Source: Neoechinorhynchus agilis (lineage: Eukaryota; Animalia; Acanthocephala). Taken from it: DNA of 64,000 nucleotides. Both the position numbers and the translations under genes were made by a program. Position 1 is the stretch's first letter. Each line of letters starts with the position of its first letter. The DNA is taken from contig CM121341.1 in the NCBI GenBank assembly GCA_051530055.1, forward strand, positions 496,001-560,000. The letters are read 5' to 3'. The notes under the pieces are model-generated. The model saw only the letters and a list, made by a program, of their open reading frames with translations, had not been told where the DNA came from and searched no databases. Shown here piece after piece: positions 60,901-64,000 of the stretch.

Positions 60901-63900
60901 TCTTTCCTTTTCAAGATATGCCTTTTGGTTCATCACAGTTATCGCTAATAGTTGCTCTTCTAGTCCTTGCATTGTTACAGCGAAGTCGATTAAAGTGCAC
61001 CGGGCGCTGATCTCCGGCGAATAACTCGGATTTGCCAATTTCGTCGTAAAGAACAATTGGAATTCTGGATGAACGTCTACATCCCGATCTCCAACCATGC
61101 ATTTTATTTTTGTACCAAGTTTAAAATAATTTTTGTCCAAAATATTGTCAAAAATAGGATCAATTTCTTCTTCGATATCTTCAAGCAACAGAGAATATCC
61201 ACCTGAGAGACTATTTTCAACAATTGTGCGGAGCTGTCGAGAGTCCAGTGTAGTGACTACTATATCTGGGAAATGTCTGAGAATCCAATTTTTTCCTTGA
61301 AGTTGAGGATCGATCAATAACGGATATCGTGACGCGTTTGTGATTATAATTCCATTGCCGGTCGACAGTTGATCTGAAGGCAGACCTTGTAAATTCCATT
61401 CATCGACAATGGCTTCGTCAATGAAGCTATTGATCAAATCGAATCGTTTTGCATGCGGGATTCCAGAATTATTAATCTTTTCCATCCATCCACTTAATAT
61501 GGAAACCCGTTCATCTTGATCGAAAGCTCCGCAGTAGGTCAAGTAAGCTGTAGACAACAGTGCATCCCCAACCAGTCTTTTTAAACTTCGTTCAAATTCA
61601 AGACTTTGTTCAGACCAGCGCTTCTTTTCACTTGCCAGTCCCATCACAAGAGATGCGGCACGGTCTCGTTTTGCCTGTAGAGCATCGAAATCTGCTTGGA
61701 TTTTGTCTTTTTCTGCCATGGCACGATTGTAATCCACAAGACTACTTTGAAGAACTTCATCTACCAAGGCAAATTGGGTTGCAGCGTCGGTCAACTGTTT
61801 TGTTGCTTTATCGTGTTGATTCTGCATCATACGGACATCCTCCTTTAGAGGAACAACTTCCTTATTTTTAATGTAGTATTGGTCCATTATTTTGCCCCAT
61901 GTGACAAGAGGCGCTAAATTCTGAAAAACGGACTTTGCTTTCTCGTAAGTATAGCCACTGTAGTTAAAGTAAGCACTCGTGAGTTCGAGCATTTCATCAT
62001 TCAAATAATCGGGGTTTAGTTCGTAAAGTGTTTCAAGGAGTCTAGGGCGGAATAGCATTTTACGTATTTGATTCAAATTCGGCTTGTAAAATGGAGGAAG
62101 TTTAGATCCAACGTTCATATTAAAACTGATACTTTCTAAAGGATATCTTAAGATTGGGAGAATGGAATCAACAATGATCATAATTAGTCCTGGAGGATGA
62201 TTAAGTTTTCGCAGGTATTCAATATCACCCGCTGTTATCGCCTTAAGGGCCCGTTTTGACTCCATCAGAACTTCGTTTGCGGCTTCCATCTGCTCGTCCA
62301 CCTTCTTTTTCGCAGACGAAATCACTTCGACTAAAAGCTCGGCTCTTTCCTTAATGGCTTTGACCTCCTTTGCCTTAGATTCCGCTTTTTCTTTTATGCC
62401 TTCGGTCTTCTTTAGCTCAACGCCAGCTTTTTGGTTGATCACAATAATATCCTTTTCTTTAAATTGAAGTTCGCGTGAAATTTCCTTGACCTGTTCACTC
62501 GCTTCAGCCAATTTCTCAACTCCAGTAATCATCTTAATTCGTTCAGCCTCAAAATATATTTTCTTCTCATCATAATGCTTCAAAAAGTTCAGTAAAAATG
62601 AGAGATACGTTTTTGGAGTCACATGAACTCTTCTTCGTGTTTTCTGAAAATAAGTCTCGCAAGTACCACGAATATCATTATGGACAGTGGCCATAAATTG
62701 CACCACAGACTCTTTAACGTGATCATTGCAATCGAGTTCGTGCCTATTGATATACTCTCGTGACACATTAAGGAGTGCATCAATTGGCCATCGATGATAA
62801 TAATCGATTGTGCATCCACTTATAAGTCCAGGAAATTTCATTGCTCTTTCTCTGAACCTTTTGTTATCTGGAGAGAAGCACAAAATCATATGAAGATTTT
62901 TTCTAATTTTGGCACGAAAATATGCCATCAGCACCTCATGCGTCTGGACCAGTTTAGGCTGTACTCTTCTTAATGAAAAAGACAGTTCATTCAACAGAAG
63001 TGCAGTGTCTTCTTTACTGAACAACCCTACTATCTCGCCCGTGGTCAGCATAATGTTCACATATTCCAGCATGTTTTCATCATTTATGTCATTGTCGGAC
63101 AAAATGAACACAACACCATTTTCGCGCTTTATAGCCAACTTAAACAGAGTTCTCATATCATCCAAAAATGAGGATATGTTGTAAGTCCGGGTTACTTGAA
63201 TTCTAAATATCTTCATGTCGTTTATATAGGCAGCCAATCTGCTTAGAGACTGCTTTCCAGATCCTCCAACTCCAACTAGTAATGCATGACCCTTATCAGT
63301 GTTCAAAAGGCGAGAAATCCGTAGGAGATGTTCAATCGCATCTTTGAAAAATACCAAGTCCATGTTATTTCCCCTAACTTCAGCATTCATTCGGTTCATA
63401 ATTGAACGAAGAATTCCACTTAGCCCATCAATGTCAGTCACTTGTTCATAGAACCGCTGATCGAAATCCTGTTGAGAGATTCCGCCTAGCATGAGTGTAT
63501 CCGCTGCATCCTGCTCTAACCGAAGAAAGTTACAGAAAAGCGGATCTCCGTTGCTCTTGTCCACCAAGATTTCCTGTTCCATTGTCGTATCCTCTTCGAA
63601 ATTTTCTTCAGCATTCTCTTCGTCGTAATTTTCACTCGCAAAACTATAATCATCACCACTACCGTTATCTTCTTCAAACTCTACTTTTTCCTGCTCCTTT
63701 GGTATCGGCAATAGTCCGATGGCAGTTTCCTCTAACTTTTCATTGAACCAATCAATTTCGCTTTGGTCAACAAGTCTGTCCCTTAACACACGAGAACATT
63801 CATGTTTCCAAAGAAGAACTAGGTCTAAGGGATTTTGGCATTGTCCGCTTCTGACGTGTAGCATTCCTTCCCAAATTCTACTCAAATCTCGAAGATTGAA

Positions 63901-64000
63901 CACATAATGAAACTTCGCTGGGGTGGGTAGAAGAGTGCTCTTTACATCTTGCCAAAGAAAACGAGTTGCTTCAATCACATTCGGAATAAGTTCAATAACT
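57988..64000 (-). CDS. Axonemal outer-arm dynein heavy chain (DNAH5/DNAH8-like), 3' portion; the gene continues beyond the window
   Basis: KFHYVFNLRDLSRIWEGML, GHALLVGVGGSGKQSLSRL (P4), RYPLLIDPQLQGKNWI, QERRKYGPVGWNVPYEF, IQYGGRVTDDFDRR, HWVLRGVALIC. One uninterrupted ORF of ~2000 codons. Confidence 0.97.
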   Translation of the reverse strand, partial: VIELIPNVIEATRFLWQDVKSTLLPTPAKFHYVFNLRDLSRIWEGMLHVRSGQCQNPLDLVLLWKHECSRVLRDRLVDQSEIDWFNEKLEETAIGLLPIPKEQEKVEFEEDNGSGDDYSFASENYDEENAEENFEEDTTMEQEILVDKSNGDPLFCNFLRLEQDAADTLMLGGISQQDFDQRFYEQVTDIDGLSGILRSIMNRMNAEVRGNNMDLVFFKDAIEHLLRISRLLNTDKGHALLVGVGGSGKQSLSRLAAYINDMKIFRIQVTRTYNISSFLDDMRTLFKLAIKRENGVVFILSDNDINDENMLEYVNIMLTTGEIVGLFSKEDTALLLNELSFSLRRVQPKLVQTHEVLMAYFRAKIRKNLHMILCFSPDNKRFRERAMKFPGLISGCTIDYYHRWPIDALLNVSREYINRHELDCNDHVKESVVQFMATVHNDIRGTCETYFQKTRRRVHVTPKTYLSFLLNFLKHYDEKKIYFEAERIKMITGVEKLAEASEQVKEISRELQFKEKDIIVINQKAGVELKKTEGIKEKAESKAKEVKAIKERAELLVEVISSAKKKVDEQMEAANEVLMESKRALKAITAGDIEYLRKLNHPPGLIMIIVDSILPILRYPLESISFNMNVGSKLPPFYKPNLNQIRKMLFRPRLLETLYELNPDYLNDEMLELTSAYFNYSGYTYEKAKSVFQNLAPLVTWGKIMDQYYIKNKEVVPLKEDVRMMQNQHDKATKQLTDAATQFALVDEVLQSSLVDYNRAMAEKDKIQADFDALQAKRDRAASLVMGLASEKKRWSEQSLEFERSLKRLVGDALLSTAYLTYCGAFDQDERVSILSGWMEKINNSGIPHAKRFDLINSFIDEAIVDEWNLQGLPSDQLSTGNGIIITNASRYPLLIDPQLQGKNWILRHFPDIVVTTLDSRQLRTIVENSLSGGYSLLLEDIEEEIDPIFDNILDKNYFKLGTKIKCMVGDRDVDVHPEFQLFFTTKLANPSYSPEISARCTLIDFAVTMQGLEEQLLAITVMNQKAYLEKERINVASETSRNKRQLKELEDVLLEKLSSIEGSVVEDEELLRVLNNNREVSAQIKEKMIIAKKTKEDLILVREQYRDVAIRGSILYFLITQMAAVNIMYQTSLAQFIGLFVRSMTSTKPLETDQQSEEPIQANLPNVLSTSSRMSTRKSRKTVVTKENDAEPKEIKPVADSSIVGNLTRIVWLYISRGLYRVDRSIFTLLLALRVAMREERVSQEEFLTLIKGGAMLDLKNCPAKVAPWIQDAIWLNLVQLSYLPKFNSILSQFSMFESEWKRWISLPNPEDASFPGDMNSIKDSFERLIIVRSCAPDRTLAAARTFINDTLGQYFANPYIFEMKAMLVEEGSTKTPFLGLLTSGSDPTNDILLMAKQTDRECYVVSMGQGQEEQARLRLEQCRQNGHWLILQNCHLGLEYMNELYGSLGYTENTNPNFRMWLTTEVHPDFPIQMLQACTKFTSEPPQGVRAGILTTMSSLDSAAVSSSAGQDGIRIVYALAFLHSILQERRKYGPVGWNVPYEFSQTDFEATFKYIQKSVFGLPTDIAIQWDAIQYMIAEIQYGGRVTDDFDRRILEAYTQKWFGNQLLEKDFTFVSSHHGRGRYHVPEGQISDVIAQIESTFSSADTANLFGLHPNADITYQARRAQYALTTIVNIQPKDSFVGGGETRENVVLKVSKDILSKFPSRFIEREIRERIISMGRIQPMTIFLHQEINRMQKVLNIVRNSLTDLQSAIDGLIIMTDELRQVLDNIYDGRVPPTWAKVSWTSSALGFWLSELKQRHQQLHGWLYEGRPKCFWFSGFFNPAGFVTAMRQEVTRRHADWALDSVRVESKVLQIYENDVIDEPVEGVYIYGLSLEGAGWDVARRILVEATNKVQLCRMPIIHLYAVNNRVSEERRKKEEADLNALKKLGTRRAIKPMIPQKPKLAAKTKEKAGPYECPVYRKAGRGGLNYITSFMLSSNKNANHWVLRGVALICDSN

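Overview
Eukaryotic DNA from a compact animal genome: JNK, a Ly6/three-finger protein and an axonemal dynein are present, and introns are about 40-80 nt. The species cannot be named from sequence alone. Layout: (i) 1-8.4 kb: a decayed ABCC transporter 3' end, RTE and L2/CR1-like LINE relics, and a Penelope-like (PLE) cluster with hammerhead ribozymes. (ii) 8.8-21.2 kb: a dense housekeeping island (RPS16, TENT4/PAPD5, a very short INCENP, DDX49, V-ATPase G, an orphan ORF, POLR2E). (iii) 21.7-32.2 kb: nested retroelement relics containing a ~2.1 kb endogenised RdRp of a toti-like dsRNA virus, joined directly to a PLE on one side and a LINE on the other, all on the minus strand. (iv) 32.2-44.8 kb: a 112-bp tandem array of about 112 units. 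Each unit has an AG|GT donor, stem-loops and an Sm-site-like motif, so it resembles a spliced-leader RNA (hypothesis only). (v) 44.8-64 kb: JNK, CRE-clade retrotransposons (including an internally deleted copy with an intact zinc-finger plus endonuclease ORF), a Ly6 gene and the 3' 6 kb of a DNAH5/8-type dynein. No rRNA, tRNA or CRISPR array was recognised. All family calls come from motif recognition by eye; no database searches were run, and element boundaries are approximate.
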